DNA of 64,000 nt from an uncultured Gammaproteobacteria bacterium (GTDB lineage Bacteria; Pseudomonadota; Gammaproteobacteria; Pseudomonadales; JAHEGP01): contig CAWBXV010000004.1 of the NCBI GenBank assembly GCA_963792875.1, positions 665-64,664 on the forward strand, read 5' to 3'. Every line of letters begins with the position of its first letter. Within the stretch, counting starts at the first letter, position 1. Positions 22,928-33,339 of the stretch are shown one piece after another. A program made the position numbers and the translations under genes. The notes below the pieces were generated by a model, which worked only from the letters and a program-made list of their open reading frames with translations, did no database searches and had not been told where the DNA came from.

Positions 22928-24049
22928 ATGCCCCTGAATACCACTGAAGAAATTCTCAACGAAATCCGTCTTGGCCGCATGGTCATCCTCATGGATGACG
23001 AGGACCGCGAGAACGAGGGCGATCTGGTGATCGCCGCGGAGTGCGCGACCCCGGAAACGATCAATTTCATGGCCACCCAGGCCAGGGGGCTGATCTGCCT
23101 GACGCTCACCGAGGAGCGCTGCCGCAAACTCAATCTGCCGCTGATGGTGAGCGACAACCAGGCGCGGCACGGCACCAATTTCACGCTGTCCATCGAGGCG
23201 GCCGAGGGCGTCACCACGGGCATCTCCGCTGCCGACCGGGCCCGCACCGTGCGCGCGGCGGTGGCGCACCACGCCAAGCCCAGCGACATCGTGACGCCCG
23301 GGCACATCTTCCCCATCATGGCGCGGCGCGGCGGGGTGCTGTCGCGGGCGGGGCACACCGAGGCGGGCTGCGATCTGGCGCGCATGGCGGGCTTCGAGTC
23401 GGCCGCGGTCATCGTCGAGATCATGAATGCCGACGGCACCATGGCCCGGCGCCCCGACCTCGAGCAGTTCGCCCAGGCCCATGGCCTCAAGATCGGCACT
23501 ATCGCCGACCTCATCCACTATCGCGTCCTGCACGAAAAGACCGTGGAGCGGGTCAGCTCCGGGGCCGTGCAGACGGACTATGGCGAATTCACGCTGCACA
23601 GCTTTCGCGATACCACGGAGGGCAAGGTGCACGTGGCGCTGGTCAAGGGCGACATCGACCCGGCCGAGCCGGCGCTGGTGCGGGTGCACGTGGCTTCCAG
23701 CGTGCGCGATCTGCTGTGCGCGCAGCTGCCCGGGTCGGCGCCGGGCTGGAACATCCGCCGCTGCCTGGAGCGGGTGTCCGCGGCCGGCAGCGGCGTCGTC
23801 GTGTTGCTCGCCGCCGAAGAGACCGGTGATGATATGATGCGCAGTGTCGACATCGCGCTGGGACGCGAGCCGGCGCCGCGTACCACTTCGGAGGGCAGCC
23901 ACAACACCTACCTGAACGTCGGCGTGGGCTCGCAGATTCTGCGCGAACTGGGCGTCGGCAAGATGCGGCTGATGGGCGCGCCGGTGAAATACAATGCGAT
24001 CTCCGGCTTCGATCTCGAAGTGGTGGAATTTGAGCCGGTGGCCAAGTAA
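22928..24049 (+). CDS. ribB: DHBP synthase fused to a degenerate GTP cyclohydrolase II domain (RibBX type)
   Basis: DDEDRENEGD, GHTEA; C-terminal domain has RVHVASSVRD instead of RVHSEC and lacks the Zn cysteines. Confidence 0.92.
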   Translation: MPLNTTEEILNEIRLGRMVILMDDEDRENEGDLVIAAECATPETINFMATQARGLICLTLTEERCRKLNLPLMVSDNQARHGTNFTLSIEAAEGVTTGISAADRARTVRAAVAHHAKPSDIVTPGHIFPIMARRGGVLSRAGHTEAGCDLARMAGFESAAVIVEIMNADGTMARRPDLEQFAQAHGLKIGTIADLIHYRVLHEKTVERVSSGAVQTDYGEFTLHSFRDTTEGKVHVALVKGDIDPAEPALVRVHVASSVRDLLCAQLPGSAPGWNIRRCLERVSAAGSGVVVLLAAEETGDDMMRSVDIALGREPAPRTTSEGSHNTYLNVGVGSQILRELGVGKMRLMGAPVKYNAISGFDLEVVEFEPVAK

Positions 24050-24074
24050 ACGAGCGTGACACAGGACCGACCAG

Positions 24075-24547
<473 letters not shown>

Positions 24548-24551
<4 letters not shown>

Positions 24552-25018
24552 AATCCATCAGCGGCCGCGGCAGCCGGCCGGCGACACCACAACTCGCGCA
24601 GCAGCGCCGCAAGGCGCGGCACTACGGCGTTCAGGCGCTGTACCGCTGGCACTTCAATGGCGGCAGCCCCGGCGAAATTGAGGCCGAGTTCCGCAGCGAT
24701 TACGACTTCAGCCATACCGATACCGAGTACTTCCGGGCGGTACTGGAGGGCGTGATCTATCACCAGGCGGATATCGATGCGGGCTTTGCGGTCTACCTCG
24801 ACCGGACCCTCGCCGAGCTCACGCCCGTCGAGCTGGCGCTGCTGCGGCAGGCCGTGTTCGAGCTCAAGTACCGGCTGGACGTGCCCTACAAGGTCGTGAT
24901 CAGCGAAGCGGTGGCGCTGGCCGGCAAGTTCGGCGCCACTGACAGCTACAAGTACATCAACGGCGTGCTCGACCGGGTTGCCGCCGAAGTCCGCAGCGTC
25001 GAAGTCAAAGGCTGCTAG
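24548..25018 (+). CDS. nusB: Transcription antitermination factor
   Basis: [26 protein letters not shown]. Confidence 0.96.
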
Positions 25019-25030
25019 GGCCGGCACGCG

Positions 25031-25981
25031 GTGGCGCTCTCGGAGTTCGCCCTGATCGCGCGCTACTTTGCGCAGGCGCGCCTCGCCGGCGCCGGCGCCG
25101 ACCTCGGTATCGGCGACGACGCGGCGCTGCTGTCGGTGCCCGGCGATTGCCAGCTGGTGGTGGCCGCCGACACCCTGGTGCAGGGCGTGCACTTTCCCCC
25201 GCTGCTGGCGGCGGCGGATATCGGCTACCGCGCGCTGGCCGTCAACCTCAGCGACCTGGCGGCCATGGGCGCCGCGCCGCGCTGGTACACCCTGTGCCTG
25301 ACGCTGCCGGCAGCCGAAGCGGCGTGGCTGGCGGGCTTCTGTGACGGCCTCGCCGAGGCCGCTGGTACCACCGGTATATCCCTGGTCGGCGGCGACACCA
25401 CGCGTGGGCCGCTGTGCATTTCGGTACAGATCCTGGGGACCGTGAAGGCCGGTGCGGCGCTGCTGCGCTCGGGCGCCGCACCCGGCGACGGCGTCTATGT
25501 CACCGGCACGCTCGGCGATGCTGCCGGCGGCCTCGCCCTCATCCAGGCCGGTGGTGCGGGCAGCGCCTACCTCCAGCGGCGCTTCCGGCGGCCCTCTCCG
25601 CGCCTGCGCGAGGCGGGGCTGCTGGCAGGTCTGGCCAGCGCGTGCATCGATATCTCGGATGGCCTGCTGGCCGACCTCGGGCACATCTGTGACGCCAGCG
25701 CGGTGGCGGCCAGCCTGCAGCTGCCCCGGCTGCCGCTCTCCGACGCGCTGCTCGCCGCCTTTCCCGGGCAGGCGCAGGACTTTGCGCTGGCCGGCGGCGA
25801 CGACTACGAGCTCTGCTTTACCGTGCCGCCAGCGCTGACGGCGGCCCTGGAGCGGCGTTTTGGCGACGCCGGCTGCCGCTGCAGCCGCATCGGCGAGATC
25901 GTCGCCGGGCGCGGCGTTCGCTGCATCGACGCAAATGGTGATACACTGGCCCCAAAAAAGGTGGGTTATGAACACTTCTGA
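25031..25981 (+). CDS. thiL: Thiamine-monophosphate kinase
   Basis: GIGDDAA, NLSDLAAMG, GGDT, DISDG, GGDDYEL. Confidence 0.96.
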   Translation: MALSEFALIARYFAQARLAGAGADLGIGDDAALLSVPGDCQLVVAADTLVQGVHFPPLLAAADIGYRALAVNLSDLAAMGAAPRWYTLCLTLPAAEAAWLAGFCDGLAEAAGTTGISLVGGDTTRGPLCISVQILGTVKAGAALLRSGAAPGDGVYVTGTLGDAAGGLALIQAGGAGSAYLQRRFRRPSPRLREAGLLAGLASACIDISDGLLADLGHICDASAVAASLQLPRLPLSDALLAAFPGQAQDFALAGGDDYELCFTVPPALTAALERRFGDAGCRCSRIGEIVAGRGVRCIDANGDTLAPKKVGYEHF

Positions 25982-26483
25982 ACGGCGCAATCCAACACCG
26001 CGGCAGGTGCTGACCGATCCGGTGCTGCTGCTGGCTTTCGGTCTGGGCAGCGGGCTGGCGCCCAAGGCGCCCGGTACGGCGGGTACGGCGGCGGCCCTGG
26101 TGATCTATCTGCTGCTGCTGCAGCAGCTGCCGCCGCTGCTGTATCTGCTGGTGCTGGTGATCGCCGCGGCGCTGGGCGTCTATCTGTGTCAGGCGGCCAC
26201 TGACAAGCTGGGCGTGCACGACCACGGCGGCATCGTCTGGGACGAGTTCGTCGGCCTGTGGCTGACACTGTTTGCCGCGCCGGCGGGGCTGCTCTGGGCA
26301 CTGCTCGGCTTTGTGCTGTTCCGCGTGTTCGACATCATCAAGCCGCCGCCGATCGGCTGGTTGGATCGCCACATCAAGGGCGGCCTTGGCATCATGGTGG
26401 ACGATGTCGTCGCCGGCTCGTTAGCCTTCGTCTGTCTGCAGTTGCTGGTGGTCTGGGCGTCGTCGCATGGCGTCGCCGCGTAG
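25968..26483 (+). CDS. pgpA: Phosphatidylglycerophosphatase A
   Basis: APGTAG, HDHGGIVWDE, FRVFDIIKP, GIMVDD. Confidence 0.95.
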   Translation: MNTSERRNPTPRQVLTDPVLLLAFGLGSGLAPKAPGTAGTAAALVIYLLLLQQLPPLLYLLVLVIAAALGVYLCQAATDKLGVHDHGGIVWDEFVGLWLTLFAAPAGLLWALLGFVLFRVFDIIKPPPIGWLDRHIKGGLGIMVDDVVAGSLAFVCLQLLVVWASSHGVAA

Positions 26484-26499
26484 CGAGGGCGCGACGCCG

Positions 26500-26748
26500 G
26501 TGAAACTGACGGTTGAAATCAGCATGTACCCGCTGGCGGAGGCGTTTGTGCCGCCCATACGGGCGTTCATCGAGCGGCTGAACGGCTACGACGGGCTGCG
26601 CGTGAGCACCTATCCGACCTGCACCGTGGTGGTCGGCGAGCACGCCGTGGTCATGGACGCGCTGCACGATGCGCTGGCCTGGAGCCAGCGCGAATTCGGC
26701 AGATGCGTGTTCGTGACGAAATTCATCACCGGCTACGACGCCGAATAG
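26500..26748 (+). CDS. Thiamine/HMP-binding protein (YkoF-like)
   Basis: VEISMYPL...FIERL...TVVVGE ferredoxin-like pattern. Confidence 0.75.
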   Translation: MKLTVEISMYPLAEAFVPPIRAFIERLNGYDGLRVSTYPTCTVVVGEHAVVMDALHDALAWSQREFGRCVFVTKFITGYDAE

Positions 26749-27557
26749 CCGCGCTCGTTCAGGCCGTGATTCATTTCCAGGGCCGGGTTGTCGCAGCTGG
26801 GCCGGCCGATCTCGACCGCGGGCACGCCGGCGACCGTGGTGTGCGGGGGCACCTCGTTGAGCACGACCGAGCCCGCCGCTATCTGCGCGCCATCGCCGAT
26901 GCGGATGTTGCCGAGAATCTTCGCGCCGGCGCTGATCAGCACGCCGTTGCCGACCTTGGGGTGGCGGTCGCCGCTCTCCTTGCCGGTGCCGCCCAGGGTC
27001 ACGGATTGCATGATCGATACGTTGTCCCCTACCACCGCAGTCTCGCCGATGACGATGCCGGTGGCGTGGTCGAGCATGATGCCGCGGCCGATGCGGGCGG
27101 CGGGATGAATGTCCACGGCGAACTCCACCGACATCAGGTTCTGAAAGAACAGCGCCAGTTCGCGGCGGCCGTGGCGCCATAGCCAGTGCGCGACGCGGTA
27201 GGTCTGCAGGGCGTGAAAGCCCTTGAAGTAGAGCAGGGAGGTGGAGTACCTGGGGCAGGCCGAGTCGCGCTGTCTGACGGCGACGATATCGTCGCGGACG
27301 GCAGCGATGATGTCCGGATCGGCGACGAAGGCCCGGTCGATCACCTCGCGCAGCAGCAGGGCGGAGGCGGTGGCGCTGTCGAGCTTGCTGGCCAGGTGAA
27401 AACTCAGTGCCGCGGCCAGGCTGTCATGGTTTAAAATGGTCGCATGGAGGAAACTGGCCAGGATCGGCTCTTTGCCGGCTTCCGCGGCTGTTTCCTCGCG
27501 GATGGTCTGCCAGATGGAGTCCTCAGCGGCTCCGGCACCCGTCGCCTCGTTTTGCAT
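26733..27557 (-). CDS. cysE: Serine O-acetyltransferase
   Basis: YFKGFHALQ, DIHPAA, DHATG, GDRHPK. Confidence 0.96.
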   Translation of the reverse strand: MQNEATGAGAAEDSIWQTIREETAAEAGKEPILASFLHATILNHDSLAAALSFHLASKLDSATASALLLREVIDRAFVADPDIIAAVRDDIVAVRQRDSACPRYSTSLLYFKGFHALQTYRVAHWLWRHGRRELALFFQNLMSVEFAVDIHPAARIGRGIMLDHATGIVIGETAVVGDNVSIMQSVTLGGTGKESGDRHPKVGNGVLISAGAKILGNIRIGDGAQIAAGSVVLNEVPPHTTVAGVPAVEIGRPSCDNPALEMNHGLNERGYSAS

Positions 27558-27706
27558 CGCTTGAACTCTGTCTCGTTGCGCTACAGATCGACTTTAACCC
27601 AAGCGCACACAAAAATCATCGCCCTGGACCTGCCCGGGGGCGCGCAGGGAGATCGATCAGCGCTCCTGCCGGCGTCAAACTCGACAATTCTGAGAGCACC
27701 CTCGTC

Positions 27707-28429
27707 ATGCGACAGGATCGACGGCCCTATTGGGTCAAGAAAATCTATATCCGCTACCGCACCTGGTATACCAATCACTTTCTGCGGCCGGCCTGCGATG
27801 AACTGGGCGACTATCACACCGTCATGAAACCCTGGTACGTCCACATCGGCGGCCCCAACATCCGCATCGGCAAATGCGCCACCCTGGTCGCGGAGCCCGA
27901 TGCCTGGGTGCGGCTCGGCGTATGGGGCAGCGCGCCGGGGCGGGGCAGCATCACCATTGGCGATTACGTGATGATCAGCCCCGGCACCCGCATCAGCGCC
28001 TCGGAGTCGATCACCATCGGCCACTCGGTGATGATGGCCAACGGCGTCTACATCACCGACTCTGACTGGCACGGCATCTATGACCGCACCCGGCGCGACG
28101 ACCTGCGGCGGCCGGTGGTGATCGGGGACAACGCCTGGCTGGGCGATAACAGCACGGTGCTCAAAGGCGTCACCATCGGGGCGAACAGCATCGTCGCGGC
28201 GCGCGCCGTGGTCACCAGGGACGTCCCGGCCAATGTGATCGTGGCCGGCAATCCGGCCCGCGTGGTGCGCGAACTGGACCCGGACCGGGGTTACGTGACG
28301 CGGGCGGATTACTTTGCCGACCCGGCCGCGCTGCTGCGCTACTACGATGCGGTGGAGCGCCAGGTGCTGTCGCCCAACGGCCTGTTCAGCTGGCTGCGCA
28401 TGCTGCTGTGGCCGACCACGCGCGATTGA
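27707..28429 (+). CDS. Hexapeptide-repeat acyltransferase
   Basis: ITDSDWH, VVIGDNAWLG, LKGVTIG, VAGNPAR. Confidence 0.9.
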   Translation: MRQDRRPYWVKKIYIRYRTWYTNHFLRPACDELGDYHTVMKPWYVHIGGPNIRIGKCATLVAEPDAWVRLGVWGSAPGRGSITIGDYVMISPGTRISASESITIGHSVMMANGVYITDSDWHGIYDRTRRDDLRRPVVIGDNAWLGDNSTVLKGVTIGANSIVAARAVVTRDVPANVIVAGNPARVVRELDPDRGYVTRADYFADPAALLRYYDAVERQVLSPNGLFSWLRMLLWPTTRD

Positions 28430-28442
28430 CGCGCGCGCCGCT

Positions 28443-29735
28443 TCAGTACTGGTAGAGCGGCACCCGGGCCAGCAGCAGTGCGATCTGCCGGTTGAGTCCG
28501 GCCAGGTAGGGTTCGATCTCTGCGTCGCTCAGGGTGGCCAGTTGCTGGGTGACGTCCTGCTGCGGCAGTGCGCTGGGGCGGGGCAGCAGCTGGTCGTCGT
28601 AGACCAGGCCAGCCACGTCCGTCTGCAGGCGCTGCGCGGTGCCAGGCGCCGCCGCCAGCTCGGCGAAGCGGATGCCGGCCTTGTCGGCCATCAGGTCGGC
28701 GAGGTCGAAGCCCGAGTAGGTCTGGGAGTCGTTCAGCTCCTTCTGCAGGCCCATGAACTCGGCGAGCTTGTCGCCGGCAAACAGCGAGATGAGCGCCGAG
28801 GTGACGAAATGCTGGGCCAGGTCCTTGCGCCGGTGCAGGGTCAGCTCGAGGCGCTTGGCGGGTTGGCCGAAGCGGGAGCCGAGGCGGGTGAACTCCAGCA
28901 GTACGGGGTCGGCCGCGTACATGGCCAGGCTGACCAGCGCGGCGGTGTTTTCCATGGGCGGACTGCCGCCGGCGCCGCTGCGCTGGCGGGCCAGCTCGAA
29001 AGCCGGACTCATCAGCCCGAGCAGCGGATAGCGGTTGCCGCGCAGTCCCTGGCTGATGGGCTCGAGGTGCGCCAGATAGCGCTCGACCAGCTCCGCGTCG
29101 ATGCGGTCCAGCAGCAGCTTTTCCTGGTGCGATGCCACGCTGTCCATCATCGCCTTGCTGTTGCGGTAGCTGATCTGCAGCTGATAGTCGCGGACCCGGA
29201 TGTCCTGTATCGCCTCCCATGTGGCGCGCAGCTCGGCCAGCGACGCGTGGTGCAGCAGTTGCTCGGTGGCGCGCTGTTCGAGCCAGCGCAGCAGCGGCGC
29301 CGGCAGCGGCACATAGCCCAGCCGCAGGCGCTGCAGGTTCAGCGTCTTGCCCTCGGGCTGCAGCGTGGCCTCGAAGTTCAGGTAGCGCCGCGACAGATCG
29401 ACCGGCAGCTCGACGCTGCCCCGCAGCGCGCCGCGCCGTTCGTCGAGCGACACCGTCACGCCCTGCAGCGCCGTCAGTTTCAGGGTCTGCATGCCGTAAA
29501 TGGCGGCGGTGTTGAGTTCCTGCTCGCCCAGTTTTATGACCCTGATGCTCTCGGCATTGTCCGTCGGCCGCCGCTGGTAAAGCAGGCGCTGCAGCCGGTT
29601 GATGTCCTCCTGGCTGAGGTGGGGCGTTGGCAGCGCCATCGGCCCGGTGGCCAGCGCCAGGTAATAGATGGCCACGGGGCTGAGCAGCAGCGCCAGCAGT
29701 GCGCAGCCAAACAGCAATTTAAACAGTCTTCCCAT
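28443..29735 (-). CDS. Membrane-anchored hypothetical protein with a YfiM-like C-terminal motif
   Basis: N-terminal TM helix; DLAQHFVTSA...KELNDS...SGF..DLMADKAG. Confidence 0.7.
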   Translation of the reverse strand: MGRLFKLLFGCALLALLLSPVAIYYLALATGPMALPTPHLSQEDINRLQRLLYQRRPTDNAESIRVIKLGEQELNTAAIYGMQTLKLTALQGVTVSLDERRGALRGSVELPVDLSRRYLNFEATLQPEGKTLNLQRLRLGYVPLPAPLLRWLEQRATEQLLHHASLAELRATWEAIQDIRVRDYQLQISYRNSKAMMDSVASHQEKLLLDRIDAELVERYLAHLEPISQGLRGNRYPLLGLMSPAFELARQRSGAGGSPPMENTAALVSLAMYAADPVLLEFTRLGSRFGQPAKRLELTLHRRKDLAQHFVTSALISLFAGDKLAEFMGLQKELNDSQTYSGFDLADLMADKAGIRFAELAAAPGTAQRLQTDVAGLVYDDQLLPRPSALPQQDVTQQLATLSDAEIEPYLAGLNRQIALLLARVPLYQY

Positions 29736-29750
29736 GCGGGTCTCCCGGGA

Positions 29751-30755
29751 TCAGTGTGTCCAGAGCGTCAGCGGCTCTTCGGCGAGCGCAGCCAGCTGTT
29801 CCCGCAGCTGCAGGATGTGATCGGACCAGTAGCGCGGGCCATCGAACCAGGTGAACGTGCGCGGGAAAGCGGGATCGCCCCAGCGGCGCCCGATCCATGC
29901 CGCCTGCTGCACGATGCGGCGCGTTCGCAGAATCTCCAGCCAGCCCAGCTCGCCGCCCTTGAACGTGTTGAATTCATTATAACCCTCGCTGATCTCGTTG
30001 ACCTGCTGCTCCTGCTCGGCGCGCGACCCGGACAGCAGCATCCAGATGTCGCCGATGGCCGGGCCATTGATGCAGTCGTCGAAATCCACAAACCAGGGCT
30101 TGTCGTCGCGCCACAGGATGTTGCCTGGATGGCAGTCCCCGTGCAGCCGTATGAACGGTGCGCGCGGCAGCCCCGCCAGCCGGCTCTCCACCCGTTTCAG
30201 CAGATCGGCGGCGAGCGTCCGGTGCGCCTCGCGCAGCGCGTCCGGGATGAAGTGGGTGTGCAGGAACTCCAGGTCTGCCGCCAGCTCCGCGGTCACCGCC
30301 AGGGTGGGGCGCGCCTTGAAGGGCGCGATGGCGCCAAGCGCGTGGATGCGCCCGAGATACTGCCCCATGCGGTGCAGCACGTCCAGATTGTCGATGGCGA
30401 TGGGATGGCCGCCGCGGCGCGGGTAGACGGCGAAGCGATAGTCGCCGAAGCGGTGCAGCGTGCTGCCCCCCAGCGCCAGCGGCGCCACCACGGGCAGCTC
30501 GGCGTCGCACAGTTCCTGGCAGAACGTATGCTCCTCGATGATCTGCTCATCGCTCCAGCGCTGCGGGCGGTAGAATTTCGCCACCACCGGTTCGCTCTCT
30601 TCAACGCCTATCTGATACACGCGGTTTTCAAAGCTGTTGAGCGCCAGCACGCGGTAGTCGCAGATCAGGCCCACGCTCTCGATGGCGTCGATGACCGTGT
30701 CGGGGCTGAGTTTGTAGTAGGGATGCTGCGCCGCATCAGGCGTTGGTAAAGTCAC
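29751..30755 (-). CDS. srkA: Stress response Ser/Thr kinase SrkA/RdoA
   Basis: LNSFENRVY, KFYRPQRW, RLHGDCHPGN, VDFDD. Confidence 0.93.
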   Translation of the reverse strand: MTLPTPDAAQHPYYKLSPDTVIDAIESVGLICDYRVLALNSFENRVYQIGVEESEPVVAKFYRPQRWSDEQIIEEHTFCQELCDAELPVVAPLALGGSTLHRFGDYRFAVYPRRGGHPIAIDNLDVLHRMGQYLGRIHALGAIAPFKARPTLAVTAELAADLEFLHTHFIPDALREAHRTLAADLLKRVESRLAGLPRAPFIRLHGDCHPGNILWRDDKPWFVDFDDCINGPAIGDIWMLLSGSRAEQEQQVNEISEGYNEFNTFKGGELGWLEILRTRRIVQQAAWIGRRWGDPAFPRTFTWFDGPRYWSDHILQLREQLAALAEEPLTLWTH

Positions 30756-31821
30756 TGAGCAGTGCCACTCCTTTGATTTGTGCATAGAGAGTTTCCCCCC
30801 GCTGCAGTGCCAGGTGTGCCATCGAGCGGCGCGTGATCAGTGCCAGCAGAAAGTGTCTGCCCAGCGCCAGCCTCAGCATGGCATGCGTTGTGTTCTGCTC
30901 CTGCCAGTCCTCGATGCGCACGGGGAGAATGTTCAGGATGCTGCTGTCGGCGGCACGGCTGCGGCTCAGGCTGACAGAATGGGCCGGTATCCGCAGCCGC
31001 ACCGGGGTGCCCACCGGCGTCGGCGTCGCGCCCAGCAGCAGGCGCATATTATCACCGATGTCCACGGCGCTCAGGCCAAACTCGCGGTCCTGTTCGGCAA
31101 TGACTCCCGCCAGCACGGCGCCGGCGCCGGGCTGGCGGCTGAGCGGAGAATCGAGCGCAGTGCTCAGCTGTTCGATGCCGCCGACGTGCTGCACCCGGCC
31201 GTCGCGCATCAACACGACCCGGTCGGCCAGGCGCATCACCTCCTCGAGGTGGTGACTGACGTAGATGATCGGCAGCGCGATGCGCCGGTGCAGGCTCTCC
31301 AGCAGCCCCATCACGCTCTGCCGGCTGTCCAGGTCCAGGCCCGTCAGCGGTTCGTCCAGCAGCAGCAGGCGCGGCGCGCGGATCAGCGCCCGGGCGATGG
31401 CCACGCGCTGCTGTTCGCCGCCGGAGAGTTCGGCGGGCCAGCGCCGGGCCAGCTCATCGATCTGCAGCCAGTGGCTGACCTGTTCGAGGTCGGGCCCGTC
31501 GGCGTCGAAGCGGCGGCGCCCGGCAAAGCGCAGATTGTCGATGACCCGCAGGTGGGGAAACAGGCGGGCGTCCTGGAACACGTAGCCGATGCCGCGCCGC
31601 TCGGGGGGTACCCAGCGGTGAGGATCCTGCCAGCAGTCGGTGCCGAAGCGGATGTCGGTGTGGGCGCCGCCCCGCTCCAACCCGGCCAATACGCGCAGCA
31701 GCGTGGTCTTGCCGCAGCCGGAGGGCCCGAACACGGCGGTGATGCCCGTGGGCGGCGTGTGCAGGGTTGCCGACAGCGTCCAGCGCTCGCGCCGGTAGGT
31801 CACGGTCGCGCTCAGAGCCAT
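30736..31821 (-). CDS. modC: Molybdate ABC transporter ATPase
   Basis: GPSGCGKT, FQDARLFPHL, LSGGE, SSILNIL/TOBE. Confidence 0.95.
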   Translation of the reverse strand: MALSATVTYRRERWTLSATLHTPPTGITAVFGPSGCGKTTLLRVLAGLERGGAHTDIRFGTDCWQDPHRWVPPERRGIGYVFQDARLFPHLRVIDNLRFAGRRRFDADGPDLEQVSHWLQIDELARRWPAELSGGEQQRVAIARALIRAPRLLLLDEPLTGLDLDSRQSVMGLLESLHRRIALPIIYVSHHLEEVMRLADRVVLMRDGRVQHVGGIEQLSTALDSPLSRQPGAGAVLAGVIAEQDREFGLSAVDIGDNMRLLLGATPTPVGTPVRLRIPAHSVSLSRSRAADSSILNILPVRIEDWQEQNTTHAMLRLALGRHFLLALITRRSMAHLALQRGETLYAQIKGVALLSDFTNA

Positions 31822-32471
31822 CGCTGCGGACCTCGCCGCCACGGCTGCTGGCTGCGGTAGATCAGGGTCAGCGCCGCCAGCGACACGGCGATCAGCCCCA
31901 GCGCGATGCGATGCGCGGCCTCGTAATTGAGCAGCTCGACCTGGTCGTAAAGGGCGATGGCGAGCACCTGGGTTTCGCCCGGGATGTTGCCGCCGATCAT
32001 CAGCACGATGCCGAATTCGCCCACGGTGTGGGCAAAGCCCAGGCTGGCGGCCGCCACGAAGCCGGGCCTCGCCAGCGGCCATACCACCGAGCGCAGGCGG
32101 TCCAGCGGTCCGGCGCCCAGAGTCGCGGCGGCCTCCAGCAGGCCGCGCGGGATGGCGCTGAAGCTGGCCTGCAGTGGCTGCACCACGAACGGCAGTGAGT
32201 AGATGACCGAGCCGATCACCAGCGCGTTGAAACTGAAGGCGAGCTGGGTGCCGAGCAGCGATTGCCACGCCTGACCCAGTGCGTGGCGCGGCGAGAACGC
32301 CAGCAGCAGGTAAAAGCCGATCACCGTCGGCGGCAGCACCAGAGGCAGCGCAATGATCGCCTCGATCAGGGGTTTGGCCGGATTGCGGGTGCGCGCCAGC
32401 CACCAGGCGAGCGGCGCGCCCAGGCACAGCAGGATGAGCGTCGTGCAGCCGGCCAGCTGGACGGTGAGCAC
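31812..32471 (-). CDS. modB: Molybdate ABC transporter permease (start may extend to about 32507)
   Basis: LPLVLPPTVIGFYL, FAHTVGEFG. Confidence 0.95.
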   Translation of the reverse strand: MLTVQLAGCTTLILLCLGAPLAWWLARTRNPAKPLIEAIIALPLVLPPTVIGFYLLLAFSPRHALGQAWQSLLGTQLAFSFNALVIGSVIYSLPFVVQPLQASFSAIPRGLLEAAATLGAGPLDRLRSVVWPLARPGFVAAASLGFAHTVGEFGIVLMIGGNIPGETQVLAIALYDQVELLNYEAAHRIALGLIAVSLAALTLIYRSQQPWRRGPQRWL

Positions 32472-32503
32472 GGTCGCCGTCAGTATGACGTCGCTGGCCG
32501 CGT

Positions 32504-33262
32504 TCAGGGCTCGACTCCGTAACCGTCGGCCAGCAGCAACTGGCGCACTTCGGCGCTGTGCAGAAAGTGCAGGAAATCACTGGCGGCGGGGCGGTGCGCG
32601 GACCGCGCCAACAGCACGGCCTCCTGCCGCAGCGGCGGATACAGCGCCTGGGGCACGCGCCAGTAGCTGTGGCCGCTGCCCGCGCCGCCGTTGTGCCACT
32701 GCCCCAGGCTGACGAAGGCGTAGTCCACATTGCCGGTCAGGAAGTACTGCAGCACCTGCGCCGCGTTCTGGCCGACGGCCCGGCGGCCGCGGGTGAGCTG
32801 CCACAGGTCGAGCGCCTCGAGGGTGCGCTGCGCCGCCAGTCCGTAGGGTGCGGTGGCCGGATTGGCCAGGGCGATGCGCCCGCTGCCGCCCGCCACCAGC
32901 GCTGCCACCCTGGCGCTCGTCGCGTCCTGCAGCGATGCCCCGCGCGCGATGAGGATCAGCTTGCCGTAGGCGTAGAGGATGCGCTCCTCGGGGCGCACGA
33001 GCCCAGCACGCACCAGTTCGCCGGTGATCTGGTCGTCTGCGGCCAGCAGCAGGTCGAAGTCCGCGCCGTTGACGAGCTGCGCATACAGCACGCCGGTGGC
33101 CGCCGAACTGATCCGGCAGCGCGCCGGGTGGCTGCTCTCGAAGCGCGGCACGATCTTCTCCAGGGTGGCACGGAAGCTCGCGGCCACGGCGATGCGCAGC
33201 GTCTCCTCTGCCCCGCAGGCCGTCCAGGGCAGCAATAACAACAGGAATGCGCGAAATCTCAA
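32504..33262 (-). CDS. modA: Molybdate-binding periplasmic protein
   Basis: Signal peptide, AVAASF, ANPATAPYG. Confidence 0.92.
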   Translation of the reverse strand: MRFRAFLLLLLPWTACGAEETLRIAVAASFRATLEKIVPRFESSHPARCRISSAATGVLYAQLVNGADFDLLLAADDQITGELVRAGLVRPEERILYAYGKLILIARGASLQDATSARVAALVAGGSGRIALANPATAPYGLAAQRTLEALDLWQLTRGRRAVGQNAAQVLQYFLTGNVDYAFVSLGQWHNGGAGSGHSYWRVPQALYPPLRQEAVLLARSAHRPAASDFLHFLHSAEVRQLLLADGYGVEP

Positions 33263-33339
33263 AGCCTGGGCCTCACGGGTTGCGGCCGTTAGTGTAATCA
33301 AAAGCGGGCCGGATTGCCTGCGCGCCCCGCCCGGCGCGG

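Noticed and set aside
30736-32730. 664-aa ModC with a long N-terminal extension
   Set aside because: The extension overlaps modB/modA out of frame; real start is 31821
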